A DNA stretch of 59,067 nt, the filler included, from Sphacelaria rigidula (Eukaryota): NCBI GenBank assembly GCA_964200075.2. It is 3 parts of 3 records of this genome, joined end to end, with 100 filler letters (N's around TTAATTAATTAA, not from the genome) between each part and the next. Parts side by side here need not be neighbours in the genome. Positions count along the whole stretch, not along the records: positions 1 to 19,638 come from CAXNAA020000637.1; 2 more parts are not named here. One strand, 5' to 3'. The translations under genes were made by a program, and so were the position numbers. A model generated the notes under the pieces. The model had not been told where the DNA came from and did no database searches. It saw nothing but the letters and a program-made list of their open reading frames with translations. Every line of letters begins with the position of its first letter. Positions within the stretch are counted from its first letter, which is position 1. Positions 1 to 11,399 of the stretch are shown here, piece by piece.

Positions 1-541
1 CTTCCATTTTTTTTTCATAGAGGTTACGGCGTTCTCGTGAAATATGGTCTCTACCATTGTAGAACGCCCTAAACCACTGGGAAAAATTGAAAGAAATCAA
101 CCTGACCCACTTTCATTTGTTAATTATGCCTTAGAGAGCGCCCACACAAGATTTCAATACAAACACCAAACGTGGGCCGGTAAATGGCCTGCAAAATACT
201 GTTCCGATTTTCTTCTGACCCTATCACTAAACGGCTCATTATACGGCCAATACTTGGAGTTGGACCCTGGAATTTGGTACGGACAAAGAGTAGGGCATAA
301 TAAAAAAATGACTGGCGTACACAAGGGATTTTTTTTTTCATTAGTTGAAGGCAATATTCAGTTATCAGATATCGGTAAAATGCCCCCAACTCATGAAAAA
401 ACGAAATCCCTTGTGCACGCCAGTAATTTTTGTTATTATGCCCTACTCATTGTTCATACCGAATTTCAGGGTTCAACTACAAGTATTGGCCGTATAATGG
501 GCCTGCAAACTGCAGAATCGCTTCTCGGCTGGCCCAGCTCG
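1..541. mobile_element. Non-autonomous TIR DNA transposon, partial (one end off-window), with an internal ~270-bp palindrome
   Basis: Ends GGCTGGCCCAGCTCG|TA at 541. Bases 1-210 are the reverse complement of ~35550-35728, inside the complete copy at 35218-36389. Inverted arms lie at ~233-358 and ~377-503. Confidence 0.75.
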
Positions 542-612
542 TAATGGTCCGACTGTCGCCGTTAGGGTGGAGAGAACGGGGGTTCGATTCTCGATGCGTT
601 GGGTTTTTTTCT
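542..612 (+). other. Degenerate tRNA-like segment (possible SINE head) abutting the transposon end
   Basis: B-box-like GGTTCGATTC followed by a T-run; no intact cloverleaf. Confidence 0.3.
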
Positions 613-699
613 TCGTAATGTATTATTTCCACCGTGGAAAGCGTGATAACGTGAGTAAACAAAAGTAGTCGACTGGATTTGTGTGACGTGAGTTGACGC

Positions 700-1020
700 G
701 GTGCGGGAGTGCTAACTCAATCCGCGAGATCAAAGTGAAAGGCACGTACCGGGGGAGAGATGGGTTGATTCCTGGAGACAACGGACTCATCCCGAGGAAG
801 GGGAAGTGTTCAAAGTGTGAGGAAAAAATGAATAAAATGGAAGGAATGTAATCAGCACCTGAATGTTGGAGTTGTCTCTACTAGGAGTAAGAACGGTGCT
901 CCGTCTCGAGAGGGATACGTGGTCAATGGTGAAACGACCAAGGCAAGCAACAAATAAGTAACCGCCCCCCGCTCGTGGGTCTTGTGACTATGGCATGCAT
1001 GATCATGAGTACACCCCCGC
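700..1020 (+). mobile_element. 3' fragment of the C-tail LINE family, followed directly by the 3' end of a related subfamily
   Basis: Matches the reverse complement of ~19825-20130 (GGAGTAAGAACGGTGCTCCGTCTCGAGAGGGATACGTGGTCAATGG). Ends in a C-rich tract at ~970, then GACTATGGCATGCATGATCATGAGTACACCCCC, also seen at ~19570-19606 (-). Confidence 0.8.
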
Positions 1021-1226
1021 TTGTGACGAATTCGAATTCTTCGGGGATCTGTCCATGGGCTTCCCGGCGGATACCATGCACATTGTGCTGATCCAGCGTT
1101 CGGTCAGTACTGCCGCAGTCTCGTAACTCCTCTCGAGTATTGTTGATTGTTCATGTACCAGGGTGACCACTTTTAATGGGTTGCTGACACAATACCTACG
1201 TACCTCGATGCCAGATTTGTTCGCAC

Positions 1227-1391
1227 CTGCGTCACGTACAGCTCGTCGTCGTCAACCAAAACAAGATCATTCAGCACCCCAAAGTTAGTCGCGATGAAGT
1301 CGTGCTCCACAGAGAAGGAGTACTTGACCTTCACCGGCACCGACCCGCTCGAAAGCCCCTTCTTGCGCGCTGCAAGCCTCGCCGCCTCCGC
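1227..1391 (-). CDS. Paraoxonase/arylesterase-like gene, exon AEAARLAARKKG...FGVLNDLVLVDDDELYVTQ; gene continues beyond the window start
   Basis: AG acceptor at 1393-1392, GT donor at 1226-1225, 165 bp, phase 0/0. LND..V....(F/L)YVT matches the PON Ca-binding blade motif. This frame is absent from the ORF track. Confidence 0.85.
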
Positions 1392-1997
1392 CTACACCAG
1401 AAACGAAAACAAGCCGGGCGGGGGGACGAGGATGGGGGCTAACCGTGTGACTACGAAGCGTCGAGGGATCTCTCGTGCGGGAACGTTGATGGATGTAAAC
1501 CGCATCACAGATATGTTCGGCGGACGGCAACGTAACGATAACCCTAATCCTACATCCTACATGGAAACAAATCTGAAATCGGTCTCTTCGCCGTCTGAGA
1601 ATGAAGGACTGCACTGTCACGTGAGAATGGTCGTCATCTCGGAGAGGTTTCACAGTTATCGAGTCATACAAACTGCGCTTTGATTTGATGAGTACTCGTA
1701 ATGAACAATTTATTTGAACAGCGGGCAGAGGATGAGCGCTGCATCAACGTAGGGAACAAGCACGAGCAGAGGGTGGAACACATGAACGCGAATGAGAGCG
1801 ACGAAAATAGCAACAGGGCAGTCCTAAAATGACCGGGGGAGAGCTGCAATTCAAAACATTCCGTCAAAAATACTCTGCTTCACGCATGTATGGATTCTCA
1901 ATTCTTCACTACGTAGTCAAGGTGTACTGCGTACGTGCAAACGAAAGGGCATGAGAAACCACAGATACATGAAGTGGAGAATTTCTGACGAATCGTA

Positions 1998-2696
1998 CAG
2001 TAGTAGACCCTTTTAAGGCGGCACCTACCAAGCTAATAAGGCGAGACGGAATGAGGCGGGTGTTTTGGCTGGTTACAACATTTTCCCCAATTAGGTGAGT
2101 TTTGCTATTGTTCATCATCACCCACCTATTCGCGGACCCCCGCAAATACAAGGCGGTTTTTCTCGTGCATTTCATCACGCATAGCAATACCCATCGGGCG
2201 GGGGGGATTTTCCAGCCGTGGTATAGTTGGTCGGTGTACGTGCTTTCGTGATTTTTCATTCCGAGTATTACCATGGATAGATTATTTTCTCTCCAGTTTC
2301 GGACTAGCGCGTGCCGGTATGCCTCCTTTGGCCACCATTAACCAGCTATTCGACTGTTGCCTTCTTCCCTTTTTTCGCATTCTACGAATCAATTTCTTGT
2401 GCGACTGGACCACCACTGCAACGTTTGGCAAGTATGTTGGGAAACACAACACCATGTAAAGCTGGATGCGCAGTATTCTGATCCTCTTCTTACACGCGTC
2501 GAACCCGTCTGCCAGACGATTTCATCATTCGCATTCGCGTTTGGCGCCAAACCCGTGTAAGGGCGAGACCTGTGTCATACCGGAACCCGCGATAAGGCGG
2601 GGCCCGCCTCAACCGCGGTCAGAGCAGGGCTACGAATAAGGCGGGTGCGTTCGGCTTCTCACATTGCCATGCTGCCTTAACACGAGCCCACTACTG
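1998..2696. mobile_element. Tc1/mariner(pogo)-like MITE inside an intron
   Basis: TA|CAGTAGTAGACCCTTTTAAGGCGGCA ... TGCTGCCTTAACACGAGCCCACTACTG form imperfect TIRs; repeated subterminal TAAGGCGG motifs. Confidence 0.7.
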
Positions 2697-2794
2697 TGAA
2701 CAAGAAAGCAAATACTCGTATTGGTACAGGCATATCGCACTACAAAACAAGGAGGTAAAAACGTGGGAATATTAGACCTGTTTCCTTATCTGAC

Positions 2795-3082
2795 CTTTTT
2801 TGCCTTAGCTTCCGCCACCCGGGCTGCCTTGGCCTCTGCCTTGAGCCTTGCCGCCTCCTGTTTCGCCTCCTGTTTCAACCTCTTCGCCTTCTCTCTGGGG
2901 CTCTCCTCCACTACCACTTTCTTGTCTTTCGTCGCAGAAGTTGCATCATCAACCCTCTCCACTGCTTCCAGCGCAGGCGTCATCTTCCCTGCCTCCCCCG
3001 CTTTCGCAGCCGCAGCTACACCCTCTTTTCCTGGCCCCGTGGTTGCCGCTGCAGGTTCCTGTTCAGCAGCCGCAACCCCCGG
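2795..3082 (-). CDS. Paraoxonase-like gene, Ala/Lys/Glu-rich insertion exon (PGVAAAEQEP...VAEAKAKK)
   Basis: CAG acceptor and GTCAGA donor, 288 bp, phase 0/0. The EAKAARxAEA pattern continues into the next exon (AEAARLAARKK). Confidence 0.75.
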
Positions 3083-3128
3083 CTGTGGTGTTCCGTAATC
3101 GTCATAACACGGGTTCAAGACATGGTAC

Positions 3129-3150
3129 ATATATATATATATATATATAT
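3129..3150. repeat. (TA)n microsatellite
   Basis: Seen directly. Confidence 0.95.
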
Positions 3151-3789
3151 GAAAGCAACAGGGAATCACAAAACCCAGTTGGAATAGGGTCGTGCGGCAG
3201 TGCAAGCCAATAAATGTTTCGGTGGCGTAGTTGTCTTGGTCGACCCATAGATCTTTTCAAAGTTTGCAGTAGCCTGTAAAATATTCCTGGCCTGTGGTGA
3301 ATAGCAGAGTTTTCCCCTCATTACTTCATTGTCACACATTAACCGCTTCCCCGAGGGATCCAGCTGTGGCAAGAGAGATAGCCAGTGGCAGCGTTACCAT
3401 TTTCATGCCGCATTTTCAACCCGTCCCCTTCCTCGGGACGAATCCGTGATCTAGTGGCCTCAACGGTTCGACTTTTCTCTTCCCGGTACACGCCTCCTTA
3501 CATGAATTTTCGTCTCGCGGAATGGGTCATGACTATCAGCATTTCCGCACCACGTCAACTCTCGTCAAACAAACGCAGTCAACTACGTCGGGCACCATGT
3601 TCACCACAATAGTACTCGCTCTCGACAGAAGAGCTGAGCACAACACAGGGCGGCACACCTATCACACTGCAGCATACACTCTGCGCAACAACAAACCCCT
3701 ACCCTAACGTTGCCCACACCTGGCATCAACGGTGCCTGTACCGCAGTGCGTACTGCTTTAGCGTACTTGCAGCTTGTATGTCGGTATAC

Positions 3790-3791
<2 letters not shown>

Positions 3792-3839
<48 letters not shown>
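3792..3839. repeat. (TG)n microsatellite
   Basis: Seen directly. Confidence 0.95.
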
Positions 3840-3842
<3 letters not shown>

Positions 3843-5918
3843 TGTTTCCCTGTCATCACAGCAGATTGCACTTGGACGTGTGAGGTACAGTATCATCAAA
3901 TCTAGGATACATGACTGCACACCCCAAACATAAAAAAAAAAACTTGCGTCGCATTAGACATTGCTGACTTATCATTCCAGGGACGATCAAGTAACCATAC
4001 AGTCCAGACCAAGCAATCCCCTCGTGGAGAACTGTGGTCGGTGGCCCGTATCGAGAAAACGCGTGCCGTTGCAAGGTCAGTGACAGGACAGCATATAGCA
4101 GCATATAGCTCACGACCTCCGCTGCTCGATGTGGTACAGACACACAGACGAGCTGCTTTCCACTTTCCAATGCAAAATCGAATCGAAATCTGCAATCATT
4201 CCATCAGGATGGTCTGCAGCAAGCTGGAGAGCCGTATACTATACATATATGCCTGGTTTGGTGCAGGCGATCCCAAGAGGGTGGTGCACTGCTTTTCCAC
4301 GGGTGCTTGTAGCAGTGGCAGGGTACTGATACAACAGATTCCATTTTCAAAGTGCGTTTTCAGTGGATGTCGACTGTCTGCCGACCATCGCCTCTTGCAA
4401 CGATTGCCGTTTTTATTGTATTAGAACGAGAGTCCGCCGTCGAGCCTAAAGTAGAGGAGAGCCCGCGACAGGTGGGGACACCACAACGCCAACTAATCTG
4501 GTTGGGCAGCGAAATATCCGACATCCTCCATCATGAACTTTGCATGACAACTCGAGCAACAAGCGTTCAAAACCTTCATCGCTGTCAGGTGCGGTAACGT
4601 GAAAATTATTTTCGTACTTCTTCGTGCAGTCTATATATATCAGCATGAGCTGCCTGTCTCCACGTTATCTGGTTCTGTCCTGTCTGGCCTCGACTCGTAA
4701 TTTTGAGGCGAAAACCTCCGGATACCTTTGTCATCTGGGAGCGCATTGGTGAGGATCTGCACAACCAGAGCCGAAGCGCGACCCTGGTACGGCTGTTTGC
4801 GTTTTGCCACGTGCTAGCCCAGCGATATTGTTCAAGGGTGAGCATGTTTGCCGTGTCGCATTTGGCACGATCCATTCAATTCCCATCACAATCTCACAAA
4901 CGGAAGACAGAACATTAAGGGAGAGACGAGTCAATAATGCCGGAGCGAGCGCCTCTTCCTCGACTTTTCTCGGGTTGTTTTTGGTGCTGTGTCGATTTAC
5001 TCAGTCTGGGCAAGTTTTTTGGTTCCTACTCTCTTCTAATTTGTGAGGAATAGATGCCGTACTCGCTCGTCACGTGAGTGAATAAATCGCACACAACATC
5101 TTGTCTTGTCATGTATGCAGAATGCCGAGAGCTCAAGATGGTGTATATTTGGTGTACCCTACGCGTGCAATCTGGCTGTCCCACGCCACCTAGGCATGGT
5201 ACTATTGAAAGAGTTTGACGTCCCAAATGTACGGGTGGTGGTACTCTTCTGAAGCTAGGATAGCCCCTCACCATTTTCGCAACCCGCCGAACTTGTACCA
5301 GCGCATTTCTATCTTATTGAGCAGTGTTACGTGCGTTATCACTGTGAGAAAGGTTGTACGATCATTTGCGGAATCTGTGGAAATCGTTCCAGTACAGGGA
5401 TCTTCCACAGAGCGATTCTCTAGAACGCCTTGAGTGTGTAGAACCTCGCTTGGGTTCTGCCAGCTATCGCAAACTATGCTCTTGAGATGGACTGTTCTCC
5501 CGCGCTCGTAGTTCCAGAAACAGGGTTTGAATTCTAAGCGTTGCACTCGCGCACGCACTTACACATTGACATCGACATCTCCGTGTTCGCATTAATATCC
5601 GATAGTAGAGTGAGAATACTGCGTGAAGTATACGTGAAAGCGCGATGAATCGAGGTCAAAAAGTCGTCTCTGGGAACGTAGCCTCGGGCTCTCCAACGTG
5701 ACAATACTGGGTGGGGGTGGGGTGTACTCATGATGTGGATTGAGGGGAGGGAATGCAAGAGTGTACATGGGCAGAGCAGCACAAGGTCTCGTTACAGCAT
5801 GAGATTTGGGTACGCAATACGGGTGTGTACGACCGTAGTGACATGCTTTTCTCTCAGAATACAAAACTGCATGACTGCTACGGTGGCAAGCACAGTAGAG
5901 TGAGTCATCGCTGCGCAC

Positions 5919-6254
5919 CTCATCAGCGCTACTGCCTCCATCTGTTTCCCCGCCACTTTTGCCAGTGGGCGCTACTGCTCCGACCTGCTCGTCACCGTCA
6001 TCGATTGCGGTCGTCCCACTTTCCCCTGCTTGTTGAACGTCCCCTCCGAGTTTCCCGTTTGTGGCACTGTCGGAACGGTCTGCGCTCTGGTCATCCTCCA
6101 CCGGCTCTCCATTAGGTCGTTTCTCACAAGCTGTTTCTCCTTCTGGAATATTTTGACAAGTTTCTTTGTGTGCTCCTGGTTCCGCTTCTGTTGTGTCTTC
6201 CTCCAGTGACGCGTCGATCGTTGGCAAAGCGTCCTGAGGATACGTAGCCTCGAC
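5919..6254 (-). CDS. Paraoxonase-like gene, acidic low-complexity exon (VEATYPQDAL...GGSSADE)
   Basis: TAG acceptor and GTGCGC donor, 336 bp, phase 0/0, open frame; joins DVFK|VEATY. Confidence 0.75.
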
Positions 6255-6846
6255 CTAATAAATTCGGAAGGTTAAAAAAAGTCGGGTTGGTTGGATGTCG
6301 TTGAATTGGATAGAAGGATGAGCAGTGCGACGAAAGGTGCACAAGACGTTTGGAGGAACGAAAAAAGCAACAAAGGGAGGACTTTGTTTGGGCACATCTA
6401 TCGTCAGTCGTAACGTCGGACTCATCTATCGTGTACCTCGAACCCGCCTTTCGCGACTACAAGACACCCGTCGCCCTCCAAGACGCCAGCCATCGCGCCT
6501 CGTGCACAATGATGACCTGGAGCGAGTGCCGTAGACCTGGAGGCCATCCATCACTCTTCGCGGATGCGAAATCCCCTTGCCTCAAACGTACCGAGGCCAC
6601 CATATACCTTTATCCCAAAGTCGGAGGTTATCCGCTTGCCGACCAAACTCTCACGTATTGTCATAGTACAGATGCCATCAAAATCTTACTCCAGCTCGCT
6701 TGGTATGGGTCTTTTCGCAGTCTGCAGGCAAGACCTTCGCTTCTCAAAAAAAGGAAAGGATGGACGACATACCATTGCTGACGCCACGTTTCAACCCCAA
6801 CGATCCTCCTCAGATATCTAGGCCGGCTTGAATAAACCTATTGTAC

Positions 6847-6996
6847 CTTGAAAACATCTATCCGCTCGCCACCGTAAGCGTACGCATGATTGATCACGAA
6901 CAGCTCCCCCGTCTCTTGCCGGAAGTGCATTCCATGGGGATGAAACGCTGTGTTTTTAGGAAAACCTTCCAGCTTCAAACTTGCCACCGAAGGGTC
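6847..6996 (-). CDS. Paraoxonase-like gene exon (DPSVASLKLEGFPKNTAFHPHGMHFRQETGELFVINHAYAYGGERIDVFK)
   Basis: CAG/GT boundaries, 150 bp. FxPHG and LFVxNH motifs correspond to the PON His-dyad region. Confidence 0.9.
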
Positions 6997-8272
6997 CTGC
7001 GCGGTGCGGATTGGTACATAAAAGGAGGGCATGTGGTTTACGAAGATAGGCTTGCGTAAGACCCTAAAAAAACATACAGTTCAACAGTTCACCTCATGTC
7101 TCCTGAGAAAATATTGAGATTTTTCCGTCAACCTGCGATCATCGTCACTGTTCAATATCCGGGTTCACACGGTGTGTAATGTATCGAGTGCTGCTATTTC
7201 AATATGAGGAGTGACACGCAACTGCACAAACTTTACGAGCGTTTTACGAGGGTAAGGATCACTCCTGACGGCAGCTGGAATACGAATCTTTGAGGAAAAC
7301 TCTTGCGATTCCAAAAACGCTGCGCGTACCACTCAGACGATGATGGTCAATCAATCTACCCCTCTTTGCACGGTTTTCCCGTCGTGAGCAGTTTGCACTG
7401 GTGGGCAAATTCTCGTCACGCAGTGGGCACGAGCGCTCGATACTTATGCGAAGCGCGAACATCGGAAATTCAAGCCCGAATTCCAAACCCCACATTAAAT
7501 CAAGGTGCTGATTTCCATTTTCCTTATTACTGTTTGCTCCCACCAGAAATGACCCTGGGGAGGACAGCAACCAATCTACAAAAGACAGACAGTGAAGCTA
7601 AGCAAAACAGGGATCGTTCACTTCCCCTGCCATTCCCCTGTCCAGGGTGTAAACTATGAAGCTGGCTCGGGGTATGGATCCATTCATCAACGGCGAACAC
7701 ATACTGCTGGTTTTGGCGAATCTCAGACGCACAGTCAGCGCTATGTGAGTGCTGTTTTCACCGGGTGTGTTTGTGTACAAATTTTGTGCACATAGCGAAT
7801 GCCATCCAAAGGACAGCAGATCTTCCAGCGAGTAGCCAAATATTCTGGCGGGCACGTGTCGATAGGTGAAATGTTAGTTCTCGAGGCAGTGCTGTATCCT
7901 GCACCCTCATCCCAGCCAGAGCCGTCGCAAAAATTGTAACCATCATCTCTCACGAGGGCTGAACCATCAATCTCGCAACTCGAAGGCACTTTCGTGTCAC
8001 ATCTGCGATGTTACCCCGCCTCCTGCAGAGGAGTACAGGCGAGTAAGCTGTAACACCAAGAATGCTGAAATGTTGCGACGTCGAGTAGTGCTTCACGGCA
8101 ACAACGTCACCCTGGCAAAGTCTCGGACAATAGAGCACTGCCGACGTCTACATCACGTACACTGCTTCGGGGACTGAGGACGCTAGTGTACGTTGAGCGA
8201 GACTCGTCATGCATTACTTCGATAGCATTGCCATACAACGTCAAGATTAACAGTGATGTGCAAGCGCTTCAC

Positions 8273-8444
8273 CTTTCCCGGCGTGTCAACGTTCCATATC
8301 GCATACAGCTCGCCCGGTGGAGAGGCCTCAAGCCCTATTGCCTTCATGATGTGCCTCCGGCGCTCATCGCTCGAGGCCACGTACACACCCTCAAAAACCG
8401 GTATTATGTCCTCTGGGGACATGATGGACTTGTAGCGAGTACAC
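8273..8444 (-). CDS. Paraoxonase-like gene exon (CTRYKSIMSPEDIIPVFEGVYVASSDERR...VDTPGK)
   Basis: CAG/GT boundaries, 172 bp, phase 2/0. C...EDI....G....SS matches PON blade 1. Confidence 0.85.
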
Positions 8445-9457
8445 CTGCATGCCCCAAACATTTGGCATGGGCCAGAGCACGGGAAAGTAGACACAAAGCG
8501 AACGTTTCGTTGCAGCTATCACACAAGCACGAGAACCAATGGAGGGAACAGCACCCTCTGTGATTTACACCTCTCCTGCGCATGCGACCGCCTTCTGTAC
8601 CTCCTGAGAAATGTATGTAGCCGCCCAAAAGGTGCTGTGTATTGAACATGAACGACTCCACATTACTTTGGAACACTATCATGAGAAGAAGGCATCACTG
8701 TAAAGAAGAACACCGATAACCGCATCATGGCAACAAGTGTCACATTCAAGCACATCACCGGCGATCGCACCCTCTGCAACATCGACGCACTCACATGAAC
8801 ACGAACCAGTGAGCGGAAACAATTCCACCCTCACAACACCAGCATCTTACCGCCTTTGTCCCCAGACGCGCTAAGAAAAAAAAAAAAAGCACAAATATGA
8901 ATCAGCGTCACTACTGACTATTGCCCCCGGCTGCTGGGTGACACGAGCAGCCATGCGGTGTACTTGACATCACAGCCATGGCAGCAATCATGATAACAAC
9001 ACATTTGACAGGTACTGCACGTTTTTCCTTGCTACAGGTGTTTGAATCGAAAGAACTTGGGGGCGAAACGAAACTCAGGTGAGTTCAACGAAAACACCAT
9101 GTTCCACCGCAAGATTTGGGTTCTAGCAAAGATACGTTCGTGCACTATTTGATGAGTCCACCTTCGAGGATGTAGAGAGACACATACTCCCCGCCAAGGT
9201 GGGGCAAGCAGCTAGAAAACCGCTTGATTATGTTTACACCGCCTTGTAGATGCCAAGTGGGCGACAGGGATTGCGGACTATCCGGAACCTCGGCAACGTG
9301 CTATCTGCATTTCGGCCTAGCTACACAGGAGATAGGAGCCACAACAGATTATGTATTATATATGTTGGATGCTTTCTTCGGGTCACCGTGGCTATGTTTT
9401 TATCGTACCTGGGAGAATCAATATAGGAAAAACCAGCCATAGCTTCTAGTCACTTAC

Positions 9458-9604
9458 CCTTCATGGGCGAACGCGGTGTCCTGAATTCGATCGTTCATCT
9501 CGTAGTACTCCGTGGCAAGCTTGGCGATTGCGAGTGCGACGAAAGCCAACCCGAGCAACGGATAGTTTACACCCCGCCGTGCCGGCCTGGCACCTGTGGC
9601 TCTC
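9458..9604 (-). CDS. Paraoxonase-like gene exon with an N-terminal hydrophobic anchor (YPLLGLAFVALAIAKLA)
   Basis: CTGCAG acceptor, GTAAGT donor, 147 bp, phase 2/2, compatible with the next exon. Confidence 0.8.
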
Positions 9605-9893
9605 CTGCAGGACACGGAAACGTGCGTGACGCGTACATGTGGTGTTATCAAACCAGTCGGCAAGAAAACACGGGGGTGGACACCAATCAAAGTTTGAGTC
9701 TCCGGCGAGCACGCCACACTGTTCCCAAACTATGGATGTCGTGCTTGTGCAGTCACGGTATGTCGCACAGTGCAGCACCCGTGCGTGAGTAGGCGAGGAA
9801 TTGTTTACGCCCGAACAATCGTCCCCCGGGGGGGCTTATGCAGAGAGAGAGGAGAACTTCGCGTACGGGTAATATATACTGTGTCATGTACAA

Positions 9894-10258
9894 GTCCGGT
9901 CGCCCGGTGCTCCGTTGGTTGGTATCGTCGAAACCTTCAGACGGTTGGGACGTGGGTTCGAATCTCGGTGAAGTCACGCGATCTGGGATTTCTACTCACA
10001 TCGTGCCTGAGCGTGGAGAGCGACGCTGTTGTAGGTACACAAAGTTCGACTCAACGGTTGACGAGGGAGAGGAACCGCTCAACCCTTCATGCGATAGAAA
10101 ATAAGGGATGCACCGCAGAGGGGAGGTGGAGTACGCAAAACAAACTCGAATGAACACCTCCATAGCTGACCTTCCTCCTGTGTGGCCCTGACTGATGAGT
10201 ACATATACAGAAACGTGTAGACTGGCGTCCAGAATAGATGAGACTACAACACACACAA
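9894..10258 (+). mobile_element. tRNA-derived SINE, full length
   Basis: B box GGTTCGAATC and a (CA)n tail; colinear with 55571-55937. Confidence 0.85.
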
Positions 10259-10755
10259 AACAAGGGACGAATGCGATTGAAATATGGCTAAATACATGCT
10301 ACCACAGATAGATCCGGAAAGCGGGTTGTGAATGCGGGACCTGTAACCGACCGGCGACAGCTGGTGCATGGTGTTGCACGTCACTCAAGGGAGGATACTT
10401 TCATCTCCTGAAAGAGAGGAATTGTGGGCCCTACAACAGTACTCGGGAGTTACCAGAGACTTGCAACTCCTCCATTCAGCGCTGCCCCTCATGAAAGTTG
10501 AAACTGGGCGGATGCTTCTTCTTTGGAGCGGGCATACTATACCATCACGTTCCGCAGGTGTGCATCCGCATCTGCGTATTTCCCAGTCCCGCAGAACGGC
10601 GCAAGACGAACCACAGTGTGACGGATCATAATCACAGGTCTAGTTTTGCTAGGGGGTTGAAACACCCACTCGAGCTAAGTCAGCGATGATTCAGCTTAAG
10701 GTGCTTTTTCTTTCTCCTAAAAGGCGCACCCCAACTGATGGGAGTGTCGGTGCAC

Positions 10756-10827
10756 CGGCGCAATACCGGAATCCTGTAGGCACTCTTAGACGGAGGGAAT
10801 ATATCAGCCGCAGCCTCGGAGTCGCCC
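10756..10827 (-). CDS. Possible further 5' exon of the paraoxonase-like gene (GDSEAAADIFPPSKSAYRIPVLRR)
   Basis: Pyrimidine tract plus TAG acceptor, GTGCAC donor, 72 bp, phase 2/2; no homology support and no start codon located. Confidence 0.4.
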
Positions 10828-11399
10828 CTAAATAGTTGGAACAGCTCATCGCGGACGAGGCAGAGGAAAGGGGGGGGGTACCCAAGCTTTTGTTTTGCGG
10901 GGGTACTCCCGAAATTCTCATTATATAAAACGACTCTGGCCATCTTGTTCCGCGAAACTCTTTCCATACTTCGTCATGCAAAAAAGGAATGCAAAGCGTA
11001 AATCAACCACTGAACAACAGAAAAGGCGATGTTGGAACATGAACCGACGGCGCCATGGTTACAGAAAACATCGCCATGGATAATCACCACATGAGGCCAG
11101 GGAGCAAGTGTAATAGAGAATAATCGGTAGGTAGTTAAATCCAGTATCGTTTGTGAGAGAAGTACGTGAAACTTCATCGTTTGTTTTTCGAGAACACATT
11201 TCCACGTGTTTTGTGGTCCTCAACCCTTTGAGCACTGGGCCTCGTTTCGGTTCAATATTCCGGCTGACCGTCCCGCAGATATGATTGGTTTGATTTGATT
11301 GATCAATTGATGGTCGCATGTTAAAATTGACATACATGACCATTTTACAGCAGATTTGGACAACGACGTGCAGTACAATCTACACTGTCTGCAACTTGT

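Noticed and set aside
44..544. 166-aa ORF as a transposase
   Set aside because: No DDE or HTH motifs; it runs through a palindrome and the frame is not evidently kept in the homologous copy.
4425..4471. + strand mini-exon ERESAVEPKVEESPRQ resembling VEESPRE in the insert exon
   Set aside because: Only about 11 nt of identity, on the wrong strand; likely chance.
10188..10220. Hammerhead-like CTGATGAG...GAAAC in a SINE
   Set aside because: Other SINE copies read CTGATAC, CTGACGC or CTGGTGC, so the core is not conserved, and stems I and III are not evident.
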